Shown: positions 27,043-37,385, numbered from the stretch's first letter. The stretch is DNA of 37,977 bases from Candidatus Micrarchaeota archaeon (GCA_043813365.1 JBDRLB010000008.1:1-37977); one strand, 5' to 3'. Notes: generated from the sequence alone by a model not told the origin. Translations and numbers: made by a program.

Positions 27043-28569
27043 ATGGGCCGGAAACTTATCGATTACCTGGAGGATGCGCACGAGGAACTTGAGGGGGAAA
27101 GTGGTGCGAAAAAGGAGCCCCTTGCAGCAGAGGGGCCTCCCCAGCAGGACATTGATGCATTTGTATCCTTCGCAAAACTGCAGGGAAAGCGCGTCCTGGA
27201 CACTTTCAAGGAAGCGCTCATCGTAAACCATTTCGACTGCGACGGCATCACCTCCGGCTCAATAACAGCATTAGCGCTCAAAAGCCGCAACATCCCATTC
27301 AAAATGCTGACAGTTAAGAAGATGGACGATTCCGTGATCAATGCGGCAAGGGACGACTCCTCCAACTATGTTATTTTCGTGGACATAGGGACGGGCTTCC
27401 TCAACCAGCTCAATGGGCTTGCAAAGCAAGGCAAGAGCATCGTCCAGATCGACCATCATTCCCCGGAAAAGATCGATTCCAAATCCGACGGCCTCATCCT
27501 CGTAAACTGCCACAATTTCAACATAGACGGCGCGTTCTATGCGTGCTCATCCTCAACAGCATATTTCACATTCGCGGAAAATACCGTTGTTGAGCAAGCG
27601 AAGAAAATGGCGGAGCTCGGAATTGTAGGTGCGGTCGGGGATGTGCAGGATTCATACGGCCTCCGCGGGCCCAACAGGCTCATGCTGGAGGAGGCCAAAA
27701 AAATCAAGGTAGTCACTGTTCTCCGGGACCTGAAATTATTCGGAAGGGTCTCCCGCACGCTCGTGAACTTCCTGAATTATTCCTCGGAGCCCTTTCTCCC
27801 ATCACTTACTGGAAACCCCAAGAATTGCGCGCTCTTCCTCAAAAGGAACCACGTGCCCCTTTTCAGGGAGGAAGACGGCAAGCGCATCTGGCTGCGCTAT
27901 TACGACCTTTCCAAGGAAGAACGCCTCCACCTCATAGGAAGCCTGATTAATTTCTGCATTGAAAAGCGCATCTCCGAGGACGCGATAAAGTGGATGATCG
28001 GCGATGTGTACCTGTTCCCGCATGAAAACAGCCAAACGGAGCTCTACGATGCGTACGAATTCTCCTCCATGCTGAACGCGTGCGGCCGGAGCGGCAAACC
28101 AGACGCAGGGGTGCGGCTTTGCATGGCAGAGCCCGAAGCATATGAGGAAGCTCGCGCCTTGCTTCAGCAGCACCGGATAGAGATCAGCAAGGGCATAGCA
28201 TTCGCAAGGAAATATGCGGAAGACATGGGCGCTTTCTACCTCCTCGACGGAAGAAAGGCAATTTCAGATTCCGTCATCGGAACAGTTGCTGGAAGCTACT
28301 TCAATTCCGGCTCCATCCCGAGGGAAAAGCCCATACTCGCACTTTCAATAGATGAAAACAGCAACATCAAGGCTTCCGGAAGGGGCTGGAAGGGCCTGAT
28401 TGAGAAAGGGCTCGATTTAGGCAAAATAATGAACGTTTCCTCCAAGGAAGCAGGTGGTTTCGGCGGCGGGCATTCCGTTGCAGCAGGCGCGTCCTTCCCA
28501 AACACGGATGAGGCGCTAAGGAAATTCCTCCTGCGTGCAAAGAAGGAAATCCGGCAGCAGCTCGGCTGA
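27043..28569 (+). CDS. Archaeal RecJ-like DHH/DHHA1 phosphoesterase (GAN/Cdc45-like)
   Basis: HFDCDG, VDIG, IDHH, GAVGDVQ, LNACGR and GGGHSVAAGA. Confidence 0.9.
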   Translation: MGRKLIDYLEDAHEELEGESGAKKEPLAAEGPPQQDIDAFVSFAKLQGKRVLDTFKEALIVNHFDCDGITSGSITALALKSRNIPFKMLTVKKMDDSVINAARDDSSNYVIFVDIGTGFLNQLNGLAKQGKSIVQIDHHSPEKIDSKSDGLILVNCHNFNIDGAFYACSSSTAYFTFAENTVVEQAKKMAELGIVGAVGDVQDSYGLRGPNRLMLEEAKKIKVVTVLRDLKLFGRVSRTLVNFLNYSSEPFLPSLTGNPKNCALFLKRNHVPLFREEDGKRIWLRYYDLSKEERLHLIGSLINFCIEKRISEDAIKWMIGDVYLFPHENSQTELYDAYEFSSMLNACGRSGKPDAGVRLCMAEPEAYEEARALLQQHRIEISKGIAFARKYAEDMGAFYLLDGRKAISDSVIGTVAGSYFNSGSIPREKPILALSIDENSNIKASGRGWKGLIEKGLDLGKIMNVSSKEAGGFGGGHSVAAGASFPNTDEALRKFLLRAKKEIRQQLG

Positions 28570-28618
28570 CTGCATGGGATAGTAAACGGTTTTAAACCGC
28601 GTTTGAGTTCTAATTGTT

Positions 28619-29143
28619 ATGATGCTTTCCCGTACCGAAATACTCCGCGCAATCAAGAAGGGAGAGATAGCAATAACCCCGCTGGACAAGAAATGCATCG
28701 GCGCGGCTTCAGTTGACCTCCATTTGGGAAGCGAATTCCTCGTTTACAGGAAGGGCGGAAGGGCGATTTTCGTGAAGGAGGATACCGTTGTCCCAAAAAC
28801 CCATCTGAAGAAAGTCACCATTTCCGGCCATGAGGTAATGCACCTGAAACCCCATCAATTCATTTTGGGAGTCACAAGGGAAAAGATTAAACTTTCTGGA
28901 AAATACGCCGGCAAAATCGAGGGAAGGAGCCGTTTTGCCCGGCTAGGCTTGATGGTGCACATCTCCTCTTCCCTTATTCAGCCCGGAAGCAACAACGTTC
29001 AAGTATTGGAAATAGTCAACCTCTCCCCGGTTCCCCTGATACTGAAGCCCGGAATAAAAATCTGCCAGGTCTCCTTCACGGAACTGAAGGGGGAGGAGAA
29101 ATACGAAGGGAAATTCAGATTGCAGACTGGGATAAAGTTGTAA
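28619..29143 (+). CDS. dcd: dCTP deaminase
   Basis: ASVDLHLG, EGRSRFARLGL, IQPG, LEIVN and ICQV. Confidence 0.9.
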   Translation: MMLSRTEILRAIKKGEIAITPLDKKCIGAASVDLHLGSEFLVYRKGGRAIFVKEDTVVPKTHLKKVTISGHEVMHLKPHQFILGVTREKIKLSGKYAGKIEGRSRFARLGLMVHISSSLIQPGSNNVQVLEIVNLSPVPLILKPGIKICQVSFTELKGEEKYEGKFRLQTGIKL

Positions 29144-29160
29144 CTGGAGGCGTGAATTTG

Positions 29161-29775
29161 CTATTTCACGAGGTCCTTTTCCGCCAAGAATTTCCAGACC
29201 GGCCAATAATACCCGTCCCTGATCGTCAGGGCTGCGTTTGAGTCGAAGGTCGTGGGTCCTTTAACCATGGCGACAATCTTCGACCTTATCAGCGGTGACA
29301 GCATCCTCGTCACCGTAATCCTGACTGCTATGTTATGAATTGCCGCGAGCTTCTCCTCATCCGTATAATCCGGCAGCATTCCCTTAAATTTATCGAGGAC
29401 ATTCCCTTCCTCAAACTCCCTTCTAAATTGGACCGGATTGGCGAATAGGGTGGTGATTTTTCTGGTATGTTGGATTTTTCCAATTTGCTCTAGAACAAGC
29501 TTGTGGTATGCAGGGGTTGTGATTACCTTCCTTGCATTTTCGCTTAATTTGGTCAAGTAATTTTCATTATCGGGCATTCTGGAAAGAGCACCATGTGCCT
29601 TGATGAAGAATAATCTATAAGACATTACTTCGGCAACAACGCTCGGCCCAGAATCAAAGTTGGCATTTCTTTCCTTATCACTAAGGAAAACCATCTTGAG
29701 GGCGGCAAGTTCCGGTCCGGAAAGGTTCATTTTCCTTAGCCGCTCGACCTTTTTCTCCACTTCCTGTTCGTACAT
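29161..29775 (-). CDS. Hypothetical (orphan-like) soluble helical protein
   Basis: 204-aa ORF filling the gap, with a TTTTAA box upstream. No family recognised. Confidence 0.65.
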   Translation of the reverse strand: MYEQEVEKKVERLRKMNLSGPELAALKMVFLSDKERNANFDSGPSVVAEVMSYRLFFIKAHGALSRMPDNENYLTKLSENARKVITTPAYHKLVLEQIGKIQHTRKITTLFANPVQFRREFEEGNVLDKFKGMLPDYTDEEKLAAIHNIAVRITVTRMLSPLIRSKIVAMVKGPTTFDSNAALTIRDGYYWPVWKFLAEKDLVK

Positions 29776-29864
29776 AGTAGTAGGTTATCCAGATAATTAG
29801 TTAAAAACCTTCTCGGTAAGTGAATGTGATTTCCGTGCTGGAAAAAAGAAGCTGAAATTAGTTT

Positions 29865-32756
29865 TTACCTTTTCCCCTTCTTCCTAGAACCAGTTTTTTT
29901 TGCAGGCACGGGCTTATTCTTTTCGGCTTTGTCCTTCGATGCAGATTTTCCCTTCTCCTCCTTGCTCACTTTATCTTCATCCGTCTTATGGGAAATGGGA
30001 GCCAGAATGGCCCCTTTCTCCCCTATTTGCGTCTGCTCCCCCTTCATTTCAGGGACATCAACATCCTCGGCGGCTTCCGATTCCTCGTAAAGCTCCACTT
30101 CCTTCCTGTCAATATCTTCCTTCCTGCCGTTCAGCCTCTCCATCCATTTCTCCTTCCTTGAGATGATGAGGTAAAGCGCGATGATCCCCCCCACAATCGC
30201 TACCAATAACGGCAATACCTTCTGCAATGAAAGCAGGAACAGCCCGGTGATCTGGCCTTCCCCGCCTATTTCAATTCTCCTGCGATATACTTTGCCGCTT
30301 ATTTCATCCTCGAAGTAAATCGTCTCATTCCCTTCCTTCATTATTGCGGTAAGCTCCTTCTCCTCGCCTGCAGCAAGCCCTATTTCGGATTCGGAGAAAT
30401 TCATTCCTTCGAGTGATTTTGGCACAAGCCTCATGCTCGCATTCCCCGAATTCTTGAGCCTTAGCACTTGCTTGTAGCCTTCCTCCCCTTTCTCCTTGTA
30501 AACCTGCTCAATTGAGAATGCGCTCTCAATTGCCTCGAATTCCACTTCCCTTTCCAGGAACCCCTCCTTCGCATAAATGCCCATCATCACCTTGTGGGTG
30601 CCGAGCACGACATGCGCTTCGATTTTTATGACGATCCGCATCTCCTTGCTCTCTCCCGGGGCAATATCAAACGGCTGCTGCTCCACTATGGAGATGATTT
30701 CCGAGAAGAAAATAGTGGCCTGTGTAATTGCCGTTTCCCCGGTGTTCCTGATTGTCAATTTCATCGGGATTTCGGTCTCGGTCTCGATCCTCAGCGGCAT
30801 GCTCGCCGCTGACAGGTCGAGCTGTGATTCAGCAGCCGCCTCCAATGCAATTACCTGCACCTTGAGCATAAGGTTTTGCGTGATGTATTTCCCACGCACC
30901 TCAACCACTATTGGGAATTCCTTTAGCTGCTCATTCAGTGGCGGCGCAAAATACACCAGCGCCTCCTCCTTCGAGTTGGGCAGTATTTCAAGCATGGTCG
31001 GCGTTATGTAAGCCCATGAGGGCTTCTCCTTCAGGAAAAGTTCGACCTTCTCGGCAAATCTTCCCTGGTTGATCACCTGCACCCTGAAGGATTTCCCGAT
31101 TCCCGCGCCAGTTCTCATAACGGTTTCATCCGTGACAAGTTTGAGGGAATGGCATACCTCAGTCGGAAGTATTTTCAGGTCAAAATTGGCGATTTCCGTC
31201 CCTGCATTTGCGCCACTTGCCTTCACTTCAATTGAATAAGTTCCGGATTTGACGGATTCCCCTACGGAAATTTTCATCCTTGCGTCCTTCCTTTCCCCAC
31301 TCTTCAGCCTGAATGCCTGCCAATTTGAAAAATCAGCACTTACTCCATCAGGCACTTTAGATGAAAGCACGTATGACTCCTCCAATGTCCCGCGGTTGGC
31401 AACATTCACGACAACGCTTCCCGATTCTCCCGCGCATAACTCCAATTTCTGCGGTGTAACCTTGAGCGCGGCCGCATAGCACTCCTCAACAATGATTTTC
31501 ACGCCAGCCTTTGTTGAAACGTATGCACTCGAAGCAGAAATCTCTAAATTGTGCGCTCCAACGGAAAGCGAATCCGATGCATAAAAAACAAATTCATTCA
31601 CCGAATTCTCTGCGGCATTGATTTCCTTCGCGCCCAGCCTCCCTTCCACTCCGCTGGCTGAAATCACGTACTTGTTTGCCTTCCCCCTATTAAGCAATTT
31701 TGCCGTTACTTCCGCACTTTCGCCGCTGCACACCCTTACCGAGCTATCGGCATCAATTCTCGCATCGTAATTTTGCACCACCTTGAGATTCAGGCTTGCA
31801 GTGTATGCTTTGGAGAATTTCCTTGAAGTCGCGCTGAATGTGCATTTGTATTCCCCAACCTTTGCAAGATCGGGTTTTATGCGGATGTCGATGCTCTTGC
31901 TCGCTTCCGTTTCCAGATCCACCTTATTTACTGGAAGCACCGCAAAACCCGGGCAATCCAATTTCAAATCATAAACATCGGCAGTTTTCTTGTTGTCAAT
32001 GAAAACGGTCCATTTCTCTTCTGTTGCCGCCTGCACCGAAAGCTCGCTCAATGCCCTGATGGTCGCACCGTCGCACCTTTTAACATCAATTGAAACCAGC
32101 GCCTCCCTGCTGTTGGAGCCGCACGAATACGTGCTCTCCGAAATTATCTTGAAAGTAAGCATCCCCTGCGCATACAGCTCCTTGGGAATATTCAGCACCA
32201 AATTCGCCTTCCCGGTTCCATACGGCGAAAGCAGGAATTTTTCCTGTGAAATGCTATACGTCCCTTTTTCCAGATTGGTTGAAAGCGTGAAATTCTGCTC
32301 CTCCCTTCCCAGGTTCCTCACTGCAATCGCGAAATCTGCTGACTCGCCGTTGCAAACTCGCGCCTTATCCTGCGAAACAGCAAGCTCCATGAGGTTGCAG
32401 TCATCTACTTCGAGCGAGCCCCTTCCTTCAAGCACCTCTCCCCTTGCGCCCTCTGCTATCACCTTGTAGCTGTGCATTCCAGCATCCAAGCAGACTGGGG
32501 ATAAGAACAGGCTGAACCTCTCCGTCCCATAACCATCCACCTGCACTCTAGGGGTAACATACGCGGAAAGCCCTTCGTCGCTCTCAACGCGCAAATCATA
32601 GGAATCCGCAAGGGATTTCGTATTGGTGATTATGCCCGAAAGCACAAGCTGGTCAGTAGCGCATGCGGATGCATGCTGCTCATCCAGCACAATCCCGCTC
32701 GCAAAAACGAGGGGCAGTACCAATAGTGCCGCAATCAAGAATCTCATCAGCATCAC
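29865..32756 (-). CDS. Large membrane-anchored surface protein with tandem Ig-like (NEW3-like) domains and Cys pairs
   Basis: Signal peptide, repeated 'C..E...V.N.G...Y.L' modules, ITGLF followed by a TM helix, and a charged cytoplasmic tail. Abuts the upstream gene's stop codon. Confidence 0.88.
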   Translation of the reverse strand: MMLMRFLIAALLVLPLVFASGIVLDEQHASACATDQLVLSGIITNTKSLADSYDLRVESDEGLSAYVTPRVQVDGYGTERFSLFLSPVCLDAGMHSYKVIAEGARGEVLEGRGSLEVDDCNLMELAVSQDKARVCNGESADFAIAVRNLGREEQNFTLSTNLEKGTYSISQEKFLLSPYGTGKANLVLNIPKELYAQGMLTFKIISESTYSCGSNSREALVSIDVKRCDGATIRALSELSVQAATEEKWTVFIDNKKTADVYDLKLDCPGFAVLPVNKVDLETEASKSIDIRIKPDLAKVGEYKCTFSATSRKFSKAYTASLNLKVVQNYDARIDADSSVRVCSGESAEVTAKLLNRGKANKYVISASGVEGRLGAKEINAAENSVNEFVFYASDSLSVGAHNLEISASSAYVSTKAGVKIIVEECYAAALKVTPQKLELCAGESGSVVVNVANRGTLEESYVLSSKVPDGVSADFSNWQAFRLKSGERKDARMKISVGESVKSGTYSIEVKASGANAGTEIANFDLKILPTEVCHSLKLVTDETVMRTGAGIGKSFRVQVINQGRFAEKVELFLKEKPSWAYITPTMLEILPNSKEEALVYFAPPLNEQLKEFPIVVEVRGKYITQNLMLKVQVIALEAAAESQLDLSAASMPLRIETETEIPMKLTIRNTGETAITQATIFFSEIISIVEQQPFDIAPGESKEMRIVIKIEAHVVLGTHKVMMGIYAKEGFLEREVEFEAIESAFSIEQVYKEKGEEGYKQVLRLKNSGNASMRLVPKSLEGMNFSESEIGLAAGEEKELTAIMKEGNETIYFEDEISGKVYRRRIEIGGEGQITGLFLLSLQKVLPLLVAIVGGIIALYLIISRKEKWMERLNGRKEDIDRKEVELYEESEAAEDVDVPEMKGEQTQIGEKGAILAPISHKTDEDKVSKEEKGKSASKDKAEKNKPVPAKKTGSRKKGKR

Positions 32757-35700
32757 TTATTCGTCGTCGTCTTCCCTTCTTCCCCAGGACAGCTTGTCGC
32801 CCTTCTCGTCGTCATCCATCTCGATGTATTCCGTATCCTCGCTTGCAGAGTCCCATTTTACCTTCTTTTTTGTGAACCTGCCTTCATCGAGCAGGGTCTT
32901 CTGCTTCCCGCCGGGGCCGATCTGGTCGTTTATGCTCTTCAATTTGTCATTCAGGATTCCCTCCTTATCCTCTTCCTCGGGCTCCTCGCGCTTGTAGAAG
33001 AATGCGAAAATCACAGCTCCCACAATGAGCAGCAGTATTGCCACTTGCAGCATCCCAAACCCTCCGAAGAACGAGAACAGCCCGCTCAGCGGGTTCAACT
33101 TCTGGAATTCGAGCACTATCGGGTAGGTGAATTTCCTTCCATCCACGCTCCGCAGTTCGATCATCCCCGAATAGCTCCTCTGCTCCGAATTCACAGCCGT
33201 GATGTTGGCTGAGAAATTGACGGATTTGCCCGCATTCATGCTTCCAAGCGAGGGGTCGATTTTCACATCCCACCCTTCAGGGAAGCCCGTGAACAGCGCG
33301 CTTACTTGCAGTTGCGACTGCTCGAGATTCCTCACCTCGAACTCCACTTTTGCAACCGCGTTTCCCCCAATCTGCTCGTACCTGATTTCCTTTACAACGA
33401 GCTCAACATCGGGAGTCTCGCCTCCCGCAGCAATTCGCAAATCAAATTCCTTCTCAACTGTCTGCGAATCCATCCGGAGCTTTGCTTTCACCTTATAGGT
33501 TCCTGCCTGCGCGCCTGCGCTCATCAGCTGGAAATATATGGTGCGCTCGGCGTTCGCCTCAACATCAAATGGCTGCACCTGGCTCAGTGTCACTCCAGCA
33601 GGGAGATTTTCCATGAGAAGCAGCACATCGCTTATTTTGTAATCGCGCTTGTTCTGCAGCGTCAATGCCACATTCCCCTTCCCAGAAGCCGGAAGATCGC
33701 CAGCAAGCACACGCTTCACCGTGAGTGCATCCGGGCTTAAATCCCCCGGCTCAATGGTTGGATAAGACCCGCCGCTGCCGACATTTACAATTACCGTTTC
33801 TGTTTTCAGCAATTTGCCGCTTCCCGAATAATAATCATACCCGCTTCCGGGGCACCTGTAAAGCCCGTTCACGATGTACCTGTCGCCATAGTAGCAGCTG
33901 TTCCCGAACTCATCGTAGAATATGTCGTTGCTATCCGCATAATTATAGGGGTAAAACTGCCCTCCGAAGTATGCATTGCGATATTTCAGCGATATGGTTG
34001 CAATGTCCCCTTCCTGTATCAATGATGGAGAGGAAATGCTGCAATAGCTCGTATCGGTGCCGACTTTTATATCGGATGATGTGCAGCTGAGGCCGCCGGC
34101 GTTCGCGCCGATATTGTACGTTCCAGATGCGCCATAATAGCAGGTCGCACTGCAAGTGCCCGAAGTGCCGTCGCAGCCTGATGCGGTTGCAGTGTTGCCA
34201 TTCCCGCATACGACCATTATCTCATCGCTTGCTGGCGCGTATGGTAGATTGTAATATTTGATTTTCACAGTAGTCCTCGTACCATCCCTGATGAACGATT
34301 CTGCAGAAACCGCGCATCCCCTGCTGTTCGCGGAATCCGCAATCACCCTGATCGAATTTTCCCTGCATTCCTGGTTGCCTATGTTCGCATCAATAGTGTA
34401 AGTTCCCGTATAATCATATTTGCAGCTCGCAAAGCAGGATGCGGACCCTTCGTCGCATTGCAATGCAACGGTTTTTCCGTTTCCGCACGTGATATACGCA
34501 GTTGAAGACCCGCCTGATCCGCCGTCATATACCACTCCGCCGCTTCCCCTGCCGGAATAGATTTTCACGGGTATGCTGTACCTCTTCTCTTCATTTCCAG
34601 CTGTGAATTTTATGGTCACGAGCTTCTGCTCATTAGGTGCAAGGTAAAATGAGCTTTCGGAAATGCTCGCTGTTATTTGCGAATCCACCTTAACCGAGAA
34701 GTAATCTCCCCTGTTTCCCGTATTCTTAACCGTCAGTGTGGTTGTCGCGGATCCGCCCTTCGGGATGTTCAGCGTTGCCTGCGAAAGCGAGGAATAGATG
34801 CTCGTGCTAATGGGCCTGTAGTAATAATTCCCGCCCTCGTAATAGTAATAATCGTACCCATCCCTTCCGTAATAATAGTCGTACGAGCTGATGCAGATGT
34901 CTTCCTGCATAGCTATCTTCGAATCCTTCTTCAAAATAAGCTCCACATATTCATCGTACACTCCGATATTGCCCGGCGAAACCGAAATATACACGGTCCT
35001 GCTCGTGCCCTTCTTGAAATTGTAGAGCATCGAAGGCTGCACCCTCGCGTTCACATCATTGCTCCTCAACGACACCGAATAATCGCCGTCTGCAGCATCA
35101 TTATCGATTGTTACCGGGTATAATTCGCCATCCCTTGCAAGAATGCAGCTATCCTCCACATCCGTGCTGAAATCGCCCGTATCAAGCACTTTCAATGAAA
35201 CGTATGCGCTCGCATCCGAAATTCCGCTAAGCGCCCTTATGAGGAAGGTGTGGTCCCCGCTTTCCCCGGAAGGCACATCAACGCAGAACTGCAAATTGCT
35301 CTTTATCTCCTGCGCATTCAAATAGAACTGCTTCTGGCTGAAATCCGCCTCGAAATCACCGGAATAAGTCATTGTAACGGTCCCTTCATTATTTCCGCGG
35401 TTCCTCACCTGCATTTCATAGCATACATGCTTTCCGCTGAACGATTCCTTGGACGACTGCTCCACCTCAATGCTCAGCCCTCCTATTACATTAATCGGCA
35501 AATCGATGTTCTTTGCGCAATCGCCGCTTCCCCTTATGGAAACGGTTCCAAGCGATGTTCCGGTTGTCCTCACGTTCGTGTATGCATAAATGCTCACTAT
35601 TGTTGATTCCTTTGCCTGCAGCACCAGCGATGTGGGGCCTTCCAGATGCAAAGCCGAAGAGTAAGAGATCAATATTGTATTCTCGAGGTTCAGATTATTG

Positions 35701-37292
35701 GTGATCTTAATTTGGTAAAGCAGCGGGTTGCCCGAATCATCATTCCTTGGGGTGCTTACCAATTCAGCAGTAATGTCGCACCCTTCCGGCTCAAGGCAGA
35801 CGCTTGCAGTTGAGATTTTCCCCTTGCTTACCTGCGAGGTAGTTGAAGTTCCCAAATACCCCTGCTTGCTTACCCCTACGGTATAAGTTGCAGGCTCCAA
35901 CTGCACTTTCAGCTGGCCGTTCGAATCCGTGTAAAAGTCTTCCTGCCCCTCAATCTGCACCTTCGCATGCTGGATAGCATAACCAGTGTCGCAGTCTGTT
36001 ACTTTTGTGAGCAACGTTCCCATTGTTTCGGAAGGCGCAATCACCTGCAGGTTTGCAGTGCTGCAGCTTGTTCCAGAAACATACGCTTTCACAATGTAAT
36101 TCTTCGGGTAGGTTGCTTCCTCCCCGTATGCGCAATTCGCTGAGCATATCCCCTTCAATTCAGAGGTTTGGTCGCAGGACGCATATTGCGTATCCCCGTT
36201 GCCGCAAAGCACGCGAACCTCCTGGCTCCCTCCTTGCAAAGCGATCCCATTGTAGCTAATTAAAACATTCGATTCCCCATTTGCCCTTACAGTTGAGGGG
36301 TTGAGGTCAATATAGCAGCTTCCAGCCGGAGTGATGCATTTCTCTCCACTCTGCACTTTCCCATCGGGGCAGCCGCAGATGCTTGCGCGGTCAATAAGAT
36401 AACCATCATCGCAATATTTCGGCTTGCTTATTGAGCAAGAGCCGAATTGCGTCCCATCCGAGCACTTTTCAGCAGTATTCTGGTTAACTTTCACATTTGC
36501 GCTTGAGCATGCGGTTCCGGAAGCAATTGCGCTCACCGTGTACGTGCCAGCATTCTCATAATTGCAGAATTGCGAGCAGCTGTTTGATTTCCCATAGCAG
36601 CCAACTGCATTCACATATTCGCCATTCCCGCAGTTAATTGCAATGCTGTTCGGGACGCTATTGAGGTTGTAATAATTCACCGTAACAATCGAGCTTTCCC
36701 CTTCCTTTACAATTGAAGGATACGAAGTCAATGCGCAGCTAGGCTGCGGTATTGGAGTCGGTGATGGTGAAGGGTAAGCAGTTGGCGTCGGGTAATTTGT
36801 CGGTGTTGCTGTGGGGTAGTAAGTGGGAGTCGGATAATAGCCCCTTTCCACCTGAACATAATCCCCATAGCACGCGTAGAACCCGGCATACGCCCTCGGG
36901 TAATAAATCCCATCCAAATCATACCTGCAATACCCGAAAATCACGTTGCTGTAATAGCTGTTCCTGTAAATTACCTTGTAATCCCCATTATCGCAATCCA
37001 ATTCGATGCTGTAAGGTGCGCCTCCATTGAAAGTTACCTGAATGGGCACCAATTCTCCCCTAATTGCATACAATGGCGTGCTCACATAACACGAGCTGGA
37101 ACCGTAATCCGTCCCATATCCGCCCCCGTAACTATACCCGCAATCCTGGTAACACGTCCCATATGCACTCTCATCGTACGAGCATACCCCATCCCCACAA
37201 ACGGAGTAATCATCGAAATAAACCCTCTCTATGGCTGCAACCTGCAGCGCAAAAAGCGCAAGAACGATTAAGCCGACGGTCCAACTCTTCAT
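32757..37292 (-). CDS. Giant Cys/Tyr-rich surface protein (PKD-like CGNG repeats, carboxypeptidase-regulatory-like and NEW3-like domains, TM anchor)
   Basis: Signal peptide, CGDGVC..E..C..DC motif, PT linker, repeated CGNG..C..C..CxY..GTY modules, TDSNG..VSKQGY, LSGLF followed by a TM helix, and an acidic tail. Confidence 0.9.
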   Translation of the reverse strand: MKSWTVGLIVLALFALQVAAIERVYFDDYSVCGDGVCSYDESAYGTCYQDCGYSYGGGYGTDYGSSSCYVSTPLYAIRGELVPIQVTFNGGAPYSIELDCDNGDYKVIYRNSYYSNVIFGYCRYDLDGIYYPRAYAGFYACYGDYVQVERGYYPTPTYYPTATPTNYPTPTAYPSPSPTPIPQPSCALTSYPSIVKEGESSIVTVNYYNLNSVPNSIAINCGNGEYVNAVGCYGKSNSCSQFCNYENAGTYTVSAIASGTACSSANVKVNQNTAEKCSDGTQFGSCSISKPKYCDDGYLIDRASICGCPDGKVQSGEKCITPAGSCYIDLNPSTVRANGESNVLISYNGIALQGGSQEVRVLCGNGDTQYASCDQTSELKGICSANCAYGEEATYPKNYIVKAYVSGTSCSTANLQVIAPSETMGTLLTKVTDCDTGYAIQHAKVQIEGQEDFYTDSNGQLKVQLEPATYTVGVSKQGYLGTSTTSQVSKGKISTASVCLEPEGCDITAELVSTPRNDDSGNPLLYQIKITNNLNLENTILISYSSALHLEGPTSLVLQAKESTIVSIYAYTNVRTTGTSLGTVSIRGSGDCAKNIDLPINVIGGLSIEVEQSSKESFSGKHVCYEMQVRNRGNNEGTVTMTYSGDFEADFSQKQFYLNAQEIKSNLQFCVDVPSGESGDHTFLIRALSGISDASAYVSLKVLDTGDFSTDVEDSCILARDGELYPVTIDNDAADGDYSVSLRSNDVNARVQPSMLYNFKKGTSRTVYISVSPGNIGVYDEYVELILKKDSKIAMQEDICISSYDYYYGRDGYDYYYYEGGNYYYRPISTSIYSSLSQATLNIPKGGSATTTLTVKNTGNRGDYFSVKVDSQITASISESSFYLAPNEQKLVTIKFTAGNEEKRYSIPVKIYSGRGSGGVVYDGGSGGSSTAYITCGNGKTVALQCDEGSASCFASCKYDYTGTYTIDANIGNQECRENSIRVIADSANSRGCAVSAESFIRDGTRTTVKIKYYNLPYAPASDEIMVVCGNGNTATASGCDGTSGTCSATCYYGASGTYNIGANAGGLSCTSSDIKVGTDTSYCSISSPSLIQEGDIATISLKYRNAYFGGQFYPYNYADSNDIFYDEFGNSCYYGDRYIVNGLYRCPGSGYDYYSGSGKLLKTETVIVNVGSGGSYPTIEPGDLSPDALTVKRVLAGDLPASGKGNVALTLQNKRDYKISDVLLLMENLPAGVTLSQVQPFDVEANAERTIYFQLMSAGAQAGTYKVKAKLRMDSQTVEKEFDLRIAAGGETPDVELVVKEIRYEQIGGNAVAKVEFEVRNLEQSQLQVSALFTGFPEGWDVKIDPSLGSMNAGKSVNFSANITAVNSEQRSYSGMIELRSVDGRKFTYPIVLEFQKLNPLSGLFSFFGGFGMLQVAILLLIVGAVIFAFFYKREEPEEEDKEGILNDKLKSINDQIGPGGKQKTLLDEGRFTKKKVKWDSASEDTEYIEMDDDEKGDKLSWGRREDDDE

Positions 37293-37385
37293 AATTCATC
37301 CCTCTAATTAGGAACCCAGATACCCACTTCCGAGTTGTTACTACTATCAAGTTACAAGTATTTAAACCTTTTGAACGGCCGGGCT

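Noticed and set aside
33830..34890. Tyr-rich segments as DGR variable regions
   Set aside because: No adenine-differing template repeat or reverse transcriptase is visible in the window, and the segments are not in a C-terminal CLec-like domain.
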